From Ophelia neglecta (taxonomy: Eukaryota): a DNA stretch of 64,000 nucleotides. Below are positions 51,401 to 63,692 of the stretch, piece after piece. The DNA lies in the NCBI GenBank assembly GCA_965285935.1, contig OZ260667.1, positions 39,246,001 to 39,310,000 of the forward strand, given 5' to 3'. Below the pieces are notes generated by a model. It was not told where the DNA came from, ran no database searches, and worked only from the letters and a program-made list of their open reading frames with translations. The position numbers and the translations under genes were made by a program. How positions within the stretch are numbered: the stretch's first letter is position 1; every line of letters starts with the position of its first letter.

Positions 51401-54400
51401 CTAAATTCACGAAATTATAATCCACGGTTTATTTCAATTGCAATATTTTTACGTATGGGTGCCAAGCATAATATATTCATTCGCTATTATATATTCATTC
51501 GCTATAGTAAAATCCATCTATCACACATTATGTATAATGAGTCAAATTGTTCCATGATATAAACAGAATATATTCCTTTATGGACCATATCCACACATTG
51601 TCAACTAGCCATTACACCAATGTTCAGCATGTACATTAATGTGAAACAAATGAATCACAATATTGGTTCACACATGCATATCTAATAAAATGATTTAGAT
51701 AGACGATACAAAATGTAAATGGCATTTATTGATAAAAAATAAGATGCTTACGTACGAAAAAAAACAAGTATATGACGTCGCAAAGGAATATAATAGACCT
51801 AAAAACAATTCTATACATATATATATATACCCACCTTAAATGTTCTGATGGGCCTTAGAAACCGAGAATTTGGTATTGAACTGAGGTAACTGTCCTTGGA
51901 GGAACACATCTGGAAGTGAGCTAAAAGGTGTTCAATGCATTCCTGTCCCGGAATAAAAAAAATCAATTGACAACTGTCCTTTTCACTCTTGTTCTCATAC
52001 ATGGAGTCGTCACTAAAGGAAAAAAACAGAAAAGTCGATTATCAGTGGTGTTGCATGCGATACCAGCTGTGCACACAGTATATTTGGCATTGTTTCATGC
52101 TAACTTGATTTGGCCCGTTCACCTAACTCGCTAATCATTGCTGTTTATGTATATATATTTAAATGAAATTTCGAAACATATGGTGTTCCGTAACAGAGCA
52201 ATCCGGATAATATATAATCGTAGACCGAATAAATTTTATTTGTCTCAATTATTGCGAGCAGCTGTCTATTTAAGGCAGTGGGGTTTCCTATGCAGAAAAG
52301 CACAATAACATCGCGGGAATGCATGAGATTTTGGTCTGATGTCTAACCTGTTGTCACAAGGAGGGATACTTTCGTGCCCAGCAGTGCTAGCCTCCTTTTT
52401 TCTCTTACTCGTATCCTTCTACCTGAAAGCTAGAAGATCACTGCAAGTGGTTTGGGGGTACATATAAGACAAAGACAGCGATTTGCTTTAAAATATTACC
52501 AGAACATGTGAACCTCCCTTTTCTGGTAGAACTTTCGTTTCATCTCCTCTGCTAAGATTGTGTATTCCATGGAAAGTAGTGATTATTTTTGGAAATTGCG
52601 ATTGGTGGGGTCATTGTGGACATAAACTTGTACGGACTGTTTTAGCGAAAGGTTTGAATTCCATGTTCTCTGCGAGCGACTAACTCATTTTCGAGGAGAA
52701 GAACTATATGTCATTATGGTCGATTAAAACTGAGATCAGCGCAATGAGTTTTGCATAGGAGCCGTCCTTGTAAATATTATGCACCACTTGTTATGCCAAT
52801 CACATGAATGTAGATGGAGATATCTTAACTACGGATATAACCGGCATTCAACTGATGAACCAGAGGATTGGTAACTTTTTCAATATATTAATCAAAAAAT
52901 AACATCAGTATTGGTTTGACGTATCTCCGCGGATGATTGTCATTCTATTTGCAGCAGAGAGAAAGTCAACGCCCTTGGGGAAAACATCGGAGATATTTAC
53001 TTGAAGCGACACCTTTGGTAACCAAGTACAAATGGAAAATCCATTTTTAGTTCCAGGGCCAATCCAACACGTGAAACGAGAATTCATCCTTTCGGTCTTG
53101 TGATGTCTGTTTTGTTTATAACTTGGAATATCCAACGTTTTTATATTTATTTGTCTTCATGGAATATTTCTCAAGCTTATCTAGATTCATATGTAAGCCT
53201 GTCCTGAGTTTGTTATGTTTTGCTTCGCTTTAATATGTGTATTATTTGTGAGAATTGTCTAATTTCCCACTTGCGTTTATCATCCACTATGCTCACTACT
53301 AAGGAGTACCCAAGTTGTATCAGTTTAAGGCCACAAATCGCCAAAGGTTGATGCATGTATAGTTTTTGCTTAGGGTCTACTGGTGACGATGATTATGTTA
53401 CAATTAACACGGCAAATTTGTGCCTCTTTGTTGCCACTTTCTACTGCGAGACAGTTGTATACTGTTCATATTTGCTAATAGTTACTATATGTACTACCAG
53501 TAATTTGCCTGAGGTGATTGGAATTGTTTTGGCTTGTGGGAAATTGTATCGGATTAATTCAGACCGTTTTAATACACTTTGAGAAATATCCGATTCTGTT
53601 TTCCTAATGGGTATCCTTTCCTTTTCTTTCGTAGGTTAGTAGCCAATTAGGAGCCTATTGTGTAGTACTTTGGAAGCGTTACGGTAAACCTTCCTTTAAT
53701 ATAATAAATTCCCTCAACCAAGCAATGTGTCCTATGAAGGACCTCCTCTGGCAACCAACGACAGAACCAGGATCCTTTTTATGCCATTGCTCATGATAAT
53801 AAAATTACTGTCCTTCTCTCACCCTGCATTGGTCACATGTTATTATTTGTCAGAATCGGGTGTTTTTTTCCTCCCTCCGCATGCAGTGCAGTGCCAGTTA
53901 TGACCCAGAAGAACGGAATTTACTTTGATCTTGCTTTCTCAAATATGGTCTCACTTCTTGACTTTTTGACATGTGCATGCCCTGTATGTCACATGTGGGC
54001 TTTCCCTTGGCGTGCTCTTCAGTTTAGAAATTCTTTCCTTGGAATATTTTGTGGTGTGCCAAACCTTTAATGATGAAAGTATTTTTTGTTGCATGCTCCA
54101 TATGTTTCCGTTCTTAATTTAACTATCCCGCTTGTCATCTACAGCGGTGGTTTTCCTATTAATTTCTGATAGGCAGCTGTTTCGAAACCGTTCTGCTACG
54201 AAAGTCTTATTACGAGCACTCATATAATTGTTATTTTGCATCCACCAATCTGCTTAATTTAATTCTATGAATGACTTTCACCTGTTCCTTTGTTAACTGC
54301 TTCTTAGACATGCAACTCGCGTGTCCAAATATTTGACCAAGGGTTACGAACTATGCCGTTTAAAAACTTTTACTTTTACAGAATTAACAGATAATTATTC

Positions 54401-54703
54401 TACTCCATTAGCTCAGAATAACACGAATTGCCAACTTATGGAAGCCTATATATGATATCAAGTATCAACAGACGGACAACAAGTCCAAATAACAGTTCAA
54501 AATCTTCACGAACCACCAGTCACAGAAACAGACACATCAATAAATCAATTTGCAGCTCCCCAAAACTAATTTAACTTATAAGGAAAGTCAGCCTACAAGC
54601 GATGACTCCTTTTTAGGTATCAAATCCAATTGCCATCGTTCGAACCCATTTGTTTAAAAGACTGAAAAGGCTTCGCGTAATCTCTTCTGCTCATCCCACG
54701 GAT

Positions 54704-56684
54704 GAGTGTGTAAATTGGTCGAGCGGCGAGGAGCGAGTTAAAAAAGCGAGGAGCGAGATGAAAAGTCGAGGAGCGAGTTATGAAAGCGAGGGGAAGGTGA
54801 ATAAAACATATTTTGCAAATTTACGTGAAAGAATATTTTCCACAGCAATGATAATGCAATGGTTGATTAATTTCCGCAAAGTGTCATAATATAGTCGAAG
54901 TGGATAAAGTGCCATTAAATAGTCGAAGCGCGCCTAGCTCTTTTAGCCATGCGCGTGCGCAGTGTGAGGCAAACCCGTGATCTCGAGTCGAACCAATCTA
55001 ACGTTACCAAAATTATTTACTACTACCTGAATCAGCTGGCATATCTGCTGATTGCGAGAGAGGAGAGGCGACACTAGGCACGCAAATACCTTCCTTTTCA
55101 TTTACCACGTGCTCTCTGGCATCAGCTGTAATATTTTGATTCTCAAATCAAATAATCTACGTCAGATTATCCTTCGATTGATAAGGGAGAGTTTATTATT
55201 TATGGCCAGGGGGGGGGGGGGGGTAATTTTAAAAATAAATACGTCAAAAAAAATTGCCCCGCTTGGAAATAGGTGGGAAAATATTGCCCCCCTCCTCAAA
55301 AAAAAAAGGTGGAGAAATATTGCCCCCACTCTCAGAAATAGGTGAAATAAAATCGTCTCCCTCTCGGAAATAGGTGGAAAAATAATTCCCCCCCCCCCAT
55401 CAAAGACAGGCTGTGATTCACTGGATGGTATTTCTAGATCTCCAGTGCGCAGGGGAAAGGAGTACTTGGAGGTGAGGGGGATGCTTTCATGTGGTACTGT
55501 GCATGCGCTCGACAGTTACATCAACTGAAGGGACCAAATTAATTTTAAATGATTCGAGTCATAGTATGTCATTAGGTAAAGAGTGTATGAAACTTTTTGA
55601 GCTGATGTTGTTCAGGATTTGATCATTTTGGCATATATTTCGATGGTTTTATTTTAGCTCAATGACCCTGGTGATATTATAATTAATAACAAAGCTTCAA
55701 TAAGCTGAGCCAAATAGATATATTTTGTCTTTGATTCGTTGATTTAATAGACTTTCTCCCGATTTTTGTGAACTCTGAAATTGTCATCGCCATGGAAATT
55801 TTGGAAGAATTTGTTACCAAACATGTCATACGTTGTTGAAGAAATTTTTCATTTTACTAACCAGACTTGTCTTTCCGAAATGTTGTGCCAGACTTGAACA
55901 ACCGTTGCGTGGGCAGTATTTATTCTGTAGAATTAGAGATTTCATCGTCTTTATTCTGTATTTACTGACTTTCCATGGCCACTCTCTCGCTAGGATTTCT
56001 ACCTTCCTCCTCGCCTCCAATCTCTTAAGCTGCCATATTTGGTCAAGGGTCGTCACGAGAACTTTATAATATTGAACTAGCAGGGATTATTTCCACTGAA
56101 TCAGAGTCGAACATGTCTTCACGATCCCTCATTTTGAGTGATTATTAAAGGCTGTAATATGAAATATATTAAGATGTGTTGATTACCCACAAAATGATAT
56201 AGCCAAACTTTTGTATGTTTTTAATGTAATTGTTTGTAAATGTTGTACTATGTATCATTGCACGTCATGTCAATACATCTATCACATGAAAGTCAGGGAG
56301 ACTGCACATACATTGACCAAATGGCCCCATAGGGGGTGGCCCAATGGAACATCCTCATTCAAACGTCCTCGTAATTCCAGTTATTATACTTGAATTTTAT
56401 TACAATTTGATATAAGTATCACTGTGTAATTGCCGGCTTTATTCTTTCACTATTTGTATGTGCTGTATTGGTGCATAAAATAAATGTTGTTTTGTTTAAA
56501 AAACCGTGGTGCAACTCGTGCGCTTTCTGTGCAGGGCGCATTCGATTTGCCTGCACGGGAGAATTATCGGACATGTCACTCGTGGTTGAGGACGGGCCTC
56601 GCCTTCTTAACTCGTTCCTCGACTTTTTATCTCGCCCCTCGATTTTTTAACTCGCTCCTCGCCGCTCGACCAATTTACACACTC
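54704..56684. mobile_element. Mutator (MULE)-like non-autonomous DNA transposon, ~1.98 kb
   Basis: ~88-bp TIRs starting GAGTGTGTAAATTGGTCGAGCGG and containing ~20-bp CGAGGAGCGAGTTAAAAAA subrepeats. 9-bp duplication CCCACGGAT (54695-54703) / CCTACGGAT (56685-56693). Confidence 0.85.
55185..55400 (+). mobile_element. One-ended Harbinger-like MITE fragment nested in the Mutator-like element
   Basis: TAA + GGGAGAGTTTATTATTTATGGCCA + poly-G, the same terminal style as 6194 and 42595, followed by about 4 AAATAGGTGG(G)AAAATATTGCCCC repeats. No matching second TIR found. Confidence 0.5.
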
Positions 56685-59600
56685 CCTACGGATATAGGCC
56701 ATGGGCATTTGCTTCATACTGATGTAGTATCGGGTTTGCAGATGCAGACGTTCAGTCACAAAAACCATTCATGTGTGCCGCAAATAGCGGAAACTAGTTC
56801 GCCATGGTCAGTTAAAAGTAAAATGAATTAACTTTAATAGGCACATATTCAGCGTATTTGTGGACCATGTGCATAATGTGTTTTACTTTGTTGTTAATCG
56901 GCAACTAATAAGCATAATTAGAATTTATTTTATTTTCAGAGGAGAAATATACTACAATATACGGAACAAAAGTAATGTTAGGTGTACTAATTACAAATTA
57001 AAAACCACTATGCAAATTTAAGATGCCATCTTCAACATATGCCAAGGATACCCTTGGCTAAATGGAGCTGGAGCTTCCACATTGTGCCCAAAGGGCGCCA
57101 GTACAGTTAGGTATCGAACTTTATAAAACTATAATTGCCAGCAAATGAAATGTAAACGATATCGTTATCTGGGTTCTTTTTTTGAGATTGGCTTCCAGAC
57201 TAATGTAAAAAAACAAAACAATTTGATCACGAAATAAATGGCTTCCAGACTATAATAAAAATTTGATAACTGAATGAACTGTGGCGCATGTAATTTTATA
57301 ATTTGTTGTATTACTCAGATGCATTACTATTTCTTCTGTTTAATAATAGCAAGAACTGCCATTATTATGTTTACATAAAAAGCTCATAGTTTATATTTCT
57401 CCGCTAGAATCCTGAATCGAATTGCGCTTAACTTGAGAGGACGAACTAGAGTTAATTGTATATTATATCCTTTTACTTAACGCCTATAAAACTAATGCTT
57501 GCAATAAGCAAATGGCAATGAAATGTAAATGATATGTAGTGTGTAACAAATGGCAAGGCCGTCCTCCTTGTACATACTGGTTTAATATAGGCCTACTGTC
57601 CACCAAACTGCAAACATGTGGCCCTAAATATTATCAAACTCCCAACTGCTCAACCAGATTGCCTGACACACTGATCCAATTTCCACCAACTTCACTTTGA
57701 AATGTCATGGCTGTTATATGGGTTGTTTTATATTTGCCGACAATAAATCCGTAGAGGGCCGATGGTCTCCAAATTATATAATAACTAATATACATTAAAT
57801 GAAGTGAGCAAACCATGACTTCAATATGCATGAAACTCGTTACATAACTTTTATAATATATCACTGACTTAATCCGTTATTATTTTCAATGCATGAAAAT
57901 ATTATACTTAAAACATTAAGATACTACATGTCAATGTATGCTGTGTGCCGCCGTGACAGTTGTAGTTTTTGTTTGTGATAAACCTTTTGGGATTAGTCTC
58001 GTCACAGAATGACTTTGTTTCCGGTCCAGCCTTTGATTGGATTGGCGAGAACCTAATGCTTGTGCCCCTGTGGATCTACTGGAATTGCCCTTCATCAAAG
58101 TGCCTGAAATCATATTATTTTTCCTTATTTGTTTTTTGTGAGATATATTTCTTATCACGTTCCCTGTCTGCCAGTGTCTGTTCAGAATTTTATATTACCA
58201 AAATAGTCACGGTACCTCCTTCCTAAGGGTGGCTCTCACATTAGCGTGGCATCTTTATGCTTAGTGAGAGTCTCCCAGTCTAGGTATTGTTGTCTGTTTT
58301 ATAACTTTCTCAAAAAAAGGGTAAATTTTTTTTCATATGTTATGTAATTTAAATCAATATATTCATGTTATTTGGCTGAATAAATAATATCTGAGTGAGC
58401 CTGAGGCTACCCGCGGAACATGCAAAAACCTGCACAATATCATGTGTTGTTAACGAAAAAGGAAAATATAGGCCTTAAAAAGGCAGAAAATGGAGTCGCT
58501 CTTGTTGGTGCCACCTGCCACTGCATTATTCTGTTAATCACCAACTATAGGAAATCGTTCCGTCTTACCCTCGAACTTACTTTGGGAAATACTTTGTAGA
58601 TGACTTTCGCCATAAAATCCATATATACTTAATATAGCTGTCACAGAGGACTTTATTTATTTAGAGCTTCGATATATTACCTGTTACGCCATTAGTTTTG
58701 TCATAACAGAAACTCTTAAACTACAACGTTTCTTGTACACGTTTGAAGTTATAGCCGTGTTGGCTCACAAAATGAAATCAGACAGTTTGAAATGCCATTT
58801 ACCGATGACTTCTGGCTATTTGTAGGCTCACATTCGGGATACTAATTATGTCTATTGAAGTAAACCATAGATATTTTTTATATAGAAATTAGTTGGAATC
58901 TTTCAAGGTAATTTGGATGTTATTTTGATATTGAAATAATTCCAAGCACAGAAATTTTAATGACTGGCAGTGCGAGAGTCCCAGTCTATACTTTGCATGT
59001 CGAATGTGAAATGGAACTGGTAAATTATAAACCATAAAGAACTGCATTAGCTTGTGCTAAACACATGGGCTTGTGTCAACACACCTATACTAGCTTTGAC
59101 ACGAGCCCCTGTGGTGCTAAATGGGAATTACCCACACACTTAGAATAAAAGACGTAGATACAACGAATGAACGACGAAATCTTGGAAATCGATTTATATG
59201 CGTTGTTCGGACTTAGGTAATTCATCTCTGACCAAAATTTCAGGACAATCAATAATATTTAAATGTTATGAATGACTGACGTCTCGAAAATCGTCATGGC
59301 CGACATCGAGGTATGTGTTTCTACAGTTTGAAACAAATTGCATCGACAACACTTATCAATGCGGAAATTTTATATTTAGGTAAAGACGATTAAAGCTTAG
59401 AAGTTAAATGATGCCACAAGCCTATATCAATATAATCGAATGGCGCTTGAAATATCCTAAAACAAGCTCCAGCTTTATATATCTTTGACAATCGAGCATT
59501 CGAGCATGATGAATAATCGAAAAAGGCAACGCTATTGCATGCGTATACGAAATTAGAACAACATTATATTGATTTGTAGCCTCGAGACGCCAATCGTTGA

Positions 59601-60188
59601 CAATAAACGAGTAAACTGAAAAAAAGGCACAATTTAAGGAATATATTGTCCCTGTGGTATTTCAGACAACGATCGTATAAAATGGCACCCGTTACTATAG
59701 CTATCATGAGGTGTGTTCATTTACCCAAGAAGATGCACACATTTGACATGAAACGTAATGCACAAGAAATAAAAGTAGTCAGAATACAAAATCACCCTAG
59801 TTTCTTATAATTCATTCCAAATATATAAGTTTTTATGCAATTGTATTCAGGGTAGTGAAAAACAATGCCTTGCCATCCACATGAGCCCTTATACAAGCCT
59901 TTAGATTTGTAAATCAGTGATAAGGTGATCCATTTACCGTCCCGAAATCCAAGCGATATTGTATTGTATTGTATTGTATTTCTTTATTTCCCTCATTTAC
60001 AACAGAGGAGCATGAACCACAACGAATATCCACACACAATAATAGGGCACAGTCCATATATATTATGTACACTAGAAGAAAATTCAATTTAGTTATTGGG
60101 CCTCGTATATGGAATCACATATACAAGAGCTTCATTAATCCTTCATAATTGTGTAGTTCGACACTTATGATAGCGCGCTGTTATACAC

Positions 60189-63100
60189 TTAAAGGATAAC
60201 ATGTATTCTGCCCCAGTAGATAGCACTTAATTTCAGCAGCTCTAGATTTTGGATATTAAACATTTCGACATCGTATTGATGGCATTCAAATTTACCCAAC
60301 AAAGCGTTAACAAAGTGCCTGTTGTCCATTTGGTATAAGTTCACCGCGAGTGGAGGGTCAATATTATCAAAAATAGCATCCCAATGCAAATCACGTACGT
60401 CTCTGAAATTAGGACATGTACAAATGAAGTGAGTCACAGTATCGGTTATTACCTCCTCACACATTGGACACGGGGAAGGCATAGATATTGCTTTACTTGC
60501 AATGGTGGCAAGTGCGGAAAAGCAGCCCCGGAGGTGAGGGAAATGGGATGCTGCAGTCCATATCAGATGAGACTGTGCAGGGTCGAGACATGTCTGCTTG
60601 TAATGTTCCAAAGACCTGTCTTGTGTCAGCTCCCAAGACACCCAGTTCGTGTAAGCGCGTCCAACAGCATCCCTTACCAAGTGCTTCCATTCACATTGGC
60701 TTGGCCATTCAGCGTATTGAACCAGCTGCAGGAGGTACCCGCGCAGACCGAGACGACTCATGCACTCCATCAGGTCAGGTAGGAGTCCGTATCGTGAGAC
60801 TGAAGAAAATAAAGCATGATGAAGTCTCTCTCGGAATACTTTCACCACTAGATGGTTTGGCGGAAGTTGCAAAATTCTTCCCATAAAGAGTAGCTTTTTC
60901 TCGTCTATCAGTGTTTTTAATGGCAACACGCCAAGCATACTATGCGCAATCACTGTCCTGGTGAGGAGGGGGAGATTCTGGATTGATTTGGTGCAGAAGC
61001 GATGGGCTCTCTCAATTTGGGCTAATTCTGAATGAGACATCTGCGACCATAACTCACAACCGAACAAAGCCCTAGGCAGAACCATGCACTGATACAGCTT
61101 CCTGGCTGTCAATACCGAAAGTCCTCTTGGATGCACACCAAGGCCGGCAAGAGAAATGATTCCCTGTTTCAGTCGGTGAGATGTTTCTTTTGCCCGATCG
61201 ACGTTCGTATCACGTGTGTTAAGGAGAATACCCACATGAGTTTCCTTTGACGACACCGGTAAGGGCGTCCCATTGAGGAGCCACTTCCTTAAAGGTGTCA
61301 GCCTAACTGTATCCCGCGGAGACTCGTTAAACACAAGTACGGTAGATTTTGACTCGTTGTATGTGTATCTCCACTTTGCTGCATATCGTTCACATATTAA
61401 AATCATTTTCTGGAGGGCATTTGGTGAGTAAGAAACAAGCGCAATGTCGTCAGCTTGCTGCACGGACCCGGTGTATATTGAACCAACCGTTGCGCCAAAA
61501 CCACAGTCTCTTAACTCCGTGGTCAGTTCGTGGACAAATGCCAGGTATAGTCTTGCGCCTAATACGGACCCCTGTCTGCAGGATTGTAAGACAGGAATGG
61601 GGGTTGATGCCTGCCCGTTGACGATGACCGACGCCGTCATGTTTTTGTATTCTGCCCTAAGGAGACTCCAAAGCTTGCCGCGGATCCCCAAGTCGTGCAG
61701 TTTTATAAAAAGACCATCAAGCCAGACACTGTCGAAAGCTGTGGATGCGTCTAATAGACATACATAGGCCTTTGTTCCCCGCTCTCTAGCATAAGCAATT
61801 GTTTCTTGGAGCACAAACGATGTCATGAGACAACATCGCTTCCTCTGGTAGGCGTTTTGACTGTCAATCGGAAACGGCTTCGGTTGTCGGACGCTATAAT
61901 TTTCCCACCTAACCAGAATGACTTTCTCAAGAAGTTTTGCGATGACTGGGAGTAGGCTAATGCAACGATGGTTTTTTCGGTCATCCGAATACTTTCGTTT
62001 TCCTTTGTGGATGGTTAAAATCAAGCTATGCTTCATGTCGCTAGGCACGTGTGAAGCTTTGTATGAACTGTTGAACAGCACGGCTAAACAAGAATAAAGC
62101 GTAACGCCTCCATATTTCAGGTGTTCATATGTGAGGCTGTCCGCCCCTCCACATGAACCGTTCTTAAATTGTTTAATAACGCATGCCAGTTCCTCTGGCG
62201 TGACTGGGTTTTCCATTATCGGATCTGCTTCATGTAAGGATGTCGCGTGCTCGATCGTGTTAACAGATTCTGAAACTTTTTCGTAGTGACCTCTATCAAA
62301 AAGCTCGCTATCAGTGGGGGCGTACAAATTGGCAATGTGTTCTTCCCAGGCATCCATGATTTTGTTTTGAGAGACAATGGTCTTCTCATCAATTACTAGA
62401 GATATGTTGTTATCCTTCGTACGGGTAGAACCACGTCTCTGGCGCAATTTGCGCCATAGACGCTGTTGATTGACCACAGCTGCTTCGTCTATTGCTGAAT
62501 AGAATTCTGTGTCAGCCTGCCTTTCTAAGCGTGCCATGGAGTTCGCAAATTTTCGCTTTGACTTCTTATAAGTTGCATAGGAACTAAACTGCATTCCCCG
62601 AGGTCGACCCTCAGAAATCCACACCTTTCTCATTAAGAATTGTTGCTTTTGAAGTTCTTTTAGACCACTAGACTTCCAATGAGGCCTCAGATAAGAGCGA
62701 AAATGTGTAGTTGGTATGGTGATATTTGCTGCCACCTGAAGGGATGCAACAATGGACGCGTAAAATGTATCGATAGATCGCGGATTGGAGTCAGGGAGGA
62801 GGGGATCTTTAAGGAGGTTATTTAGTAATCCAGTATATGCCATCCTGGCGGCGTCATCCATTTTGTCCCACGCTAGGCGGGGCGGCCTTTCGTTTTCCCG
62901 AACCTCCGCCACCGGTATTGTCAAGCAGGTCTTGACGGGCAAGTGATCGGATGTGTTGACATGAGAGTCATCAACAACTTCCGTAAGCGTGAGAAGGTTC
63001 TTAATTGCATATGAGCAAACAATATGGTCTATGAAGGACTGGGGGCCACCTTCATATGGGTCAAAAGTATAGTGTGGCCCGACAACTTGTCCTAAATCTG

Positions 63101-63692
63101 TTTTTATGTACAAGTTATGATTCCAGATCATATCATGGACGAGCGCTGCTCTGGGGGAGTTCCTTTTTCTAATATCACAGTTAAAGTCGCCCAGTAATAT
63201 TACGCTGTCAGTTTCAGACAGTGTTGGCAGGAAGTTGTCAAGCTTTTCAATGGTGTGAGCAAATTCAACAAACCCTCTCTCGGCAGAGGGAAGGTAGACG
63301 CCGATTATGACGACTTGGGTCGATACATCAGGTCGGATTCGTATTGCTATGAAGCGGTCCGAATCTGTTGGAATTTTGGATATGATGTGTCTCAATGAGT
63401 TGCGCCACATGATGGCGACACCACCTACACCACGTCGGCGTTTGTCCCATGGATTATTGCGTCGGTCAGATACCGCGTGTATTGAATATCGACTGTCCAC
63501 TGAACTTAAGAAATTGATACTGTCCTCAAAGAGCCAGTGTTCACTGATAATCAAAACATCATTAGATGCGAGTAACGTGGATAAATAGTTTGCTGATCGC
63601 ATTGCTCCTTTGCAGTTAAAAGCGGAGAGAGAAAGATGATGTGCTTCCATGATTGGAGTGTATAGAGTTTTTATTTTGGGTCTTTTGACCAT
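60189..63692 (-). CDS. LINE ORF2: apurinic-like endonuclease, reverse transcriptase and C-terminal CCHC zinc knuckle
   Basis: APE motifs FNCKG, ISEHWL, GVGGVAI, GVYLPS, GDFN, SFIDH, SDHLP. RT motifs RCISLL, QNAYQ, LDASTAFDSV, RQGSVLG, QADD, ETHVG. C-terminal CPMC..THFICTC. The true start may be the second Met at 63650. Confidence 0.95.
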   Translation of the reverse strand: MVKRPKIKTLYTPIMEAHHLSLSAFNCKGAMRSANYLSTLLASNDVLIISEHWLFEDSINFLSSVDSRYSIHAVSDRRNNPWDKRRRGVGGVAIMWRNSLRHIISKIPTDSDRFIAIRIRPDVSTQVVIIGVYLPSAERGFVEFAHTIEKLDNFLPTLSETDSVILLGDFNCDIRKRNSPRAALVHDMIWNHNLYIKTDLGQVVGPHYTFDPYEGGPQSFIDHIVCSYAIKNLLTLTEVVDDSHVNTSDHLPVKTCLTIPVAEVRENERPPRLAWDKMDDAARMAYTGLLNNLLKDPLLPDSNPRSIDTFYASIVASLQVAANITIPTTHFRSYLRPHWKSSGLKELQKQQFLMRKVWISEGRPRGMQFSSYATYKKSKRKFANSMARLERQADTEFYSAIDEAAVVNQQRLWRKLRQRRGSTRTKDNNISLVIDEKTIVSQNKIMDAWEEHIANLYAPTDSELFDRGHYEKVSESVNTIEHATSLHEADPIMENPVTPEELACVIKQFKNGSCGGADSLTYEHLKYGGVTLYSCLAVLFNSSYKASHVPSDMKHSLILTIHKGKRKYSDDRKNHRCISLLPVIAKLLEKVILVRWENYSVRQPKPFPIDSQNAYQRKRCCLMTSFVLQETIAYARERGTKAYVCLLDASTAFDSVWLDGLFIKLHDLGIRGKLWSLLRAEYKNMTASVIVNGQASTPIPVLQSCRQGSVLGARLYLAFVHELTTELRDCGFGATVGSIYTGSVQQADDIALVSYSPNALQKMILICERYAAKWRYTYNESKSTVLVFNESPRDTVRLTPLRKWLLNGTPLPVSSKETHVGILLNTRDTNVDRAKETSHRLKQGIISLAGLGVHPRGLSVLTARKLYQCMVLPRALFGCELWSQMSHSELAQIERAHRFCTKSIQNLPLLTRTVIAHSMLGVLPLKTLIDEKKLLFMGRILQLPPNHLVVKVFRERLHHALFSSVSRYGLLPDLMECMSRLGLRGYLLQLVQYAEWPSQCEWKHLVRDAVGRAYTNWVSWELTQDRSLEHYKQTCLDPAQSHLIWTAASHFPHLRGCFSALATIASKAISMPSPCPMCEEVITDTVTHFICTCPNFRDVRDLHWDAIFDNIDPPLAVNLYQMDNRHFVNALLGKFECHQYDVEMFNIQNLELLKLSAIYWGRIHVIL

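Noticed and set aside
52905-53135. ORF with WIGP resembling a Gypsy integrase GPY/F motif
   Set aside because: No integrase core, RT or LTRs are recognisable nearby.
60384-63588. Plus-strand and alternate-frame ORFs overlapping LINE ORF2
   Set aside because: These are shadow ORFs of a GC-richer coding sequence with no domain features.
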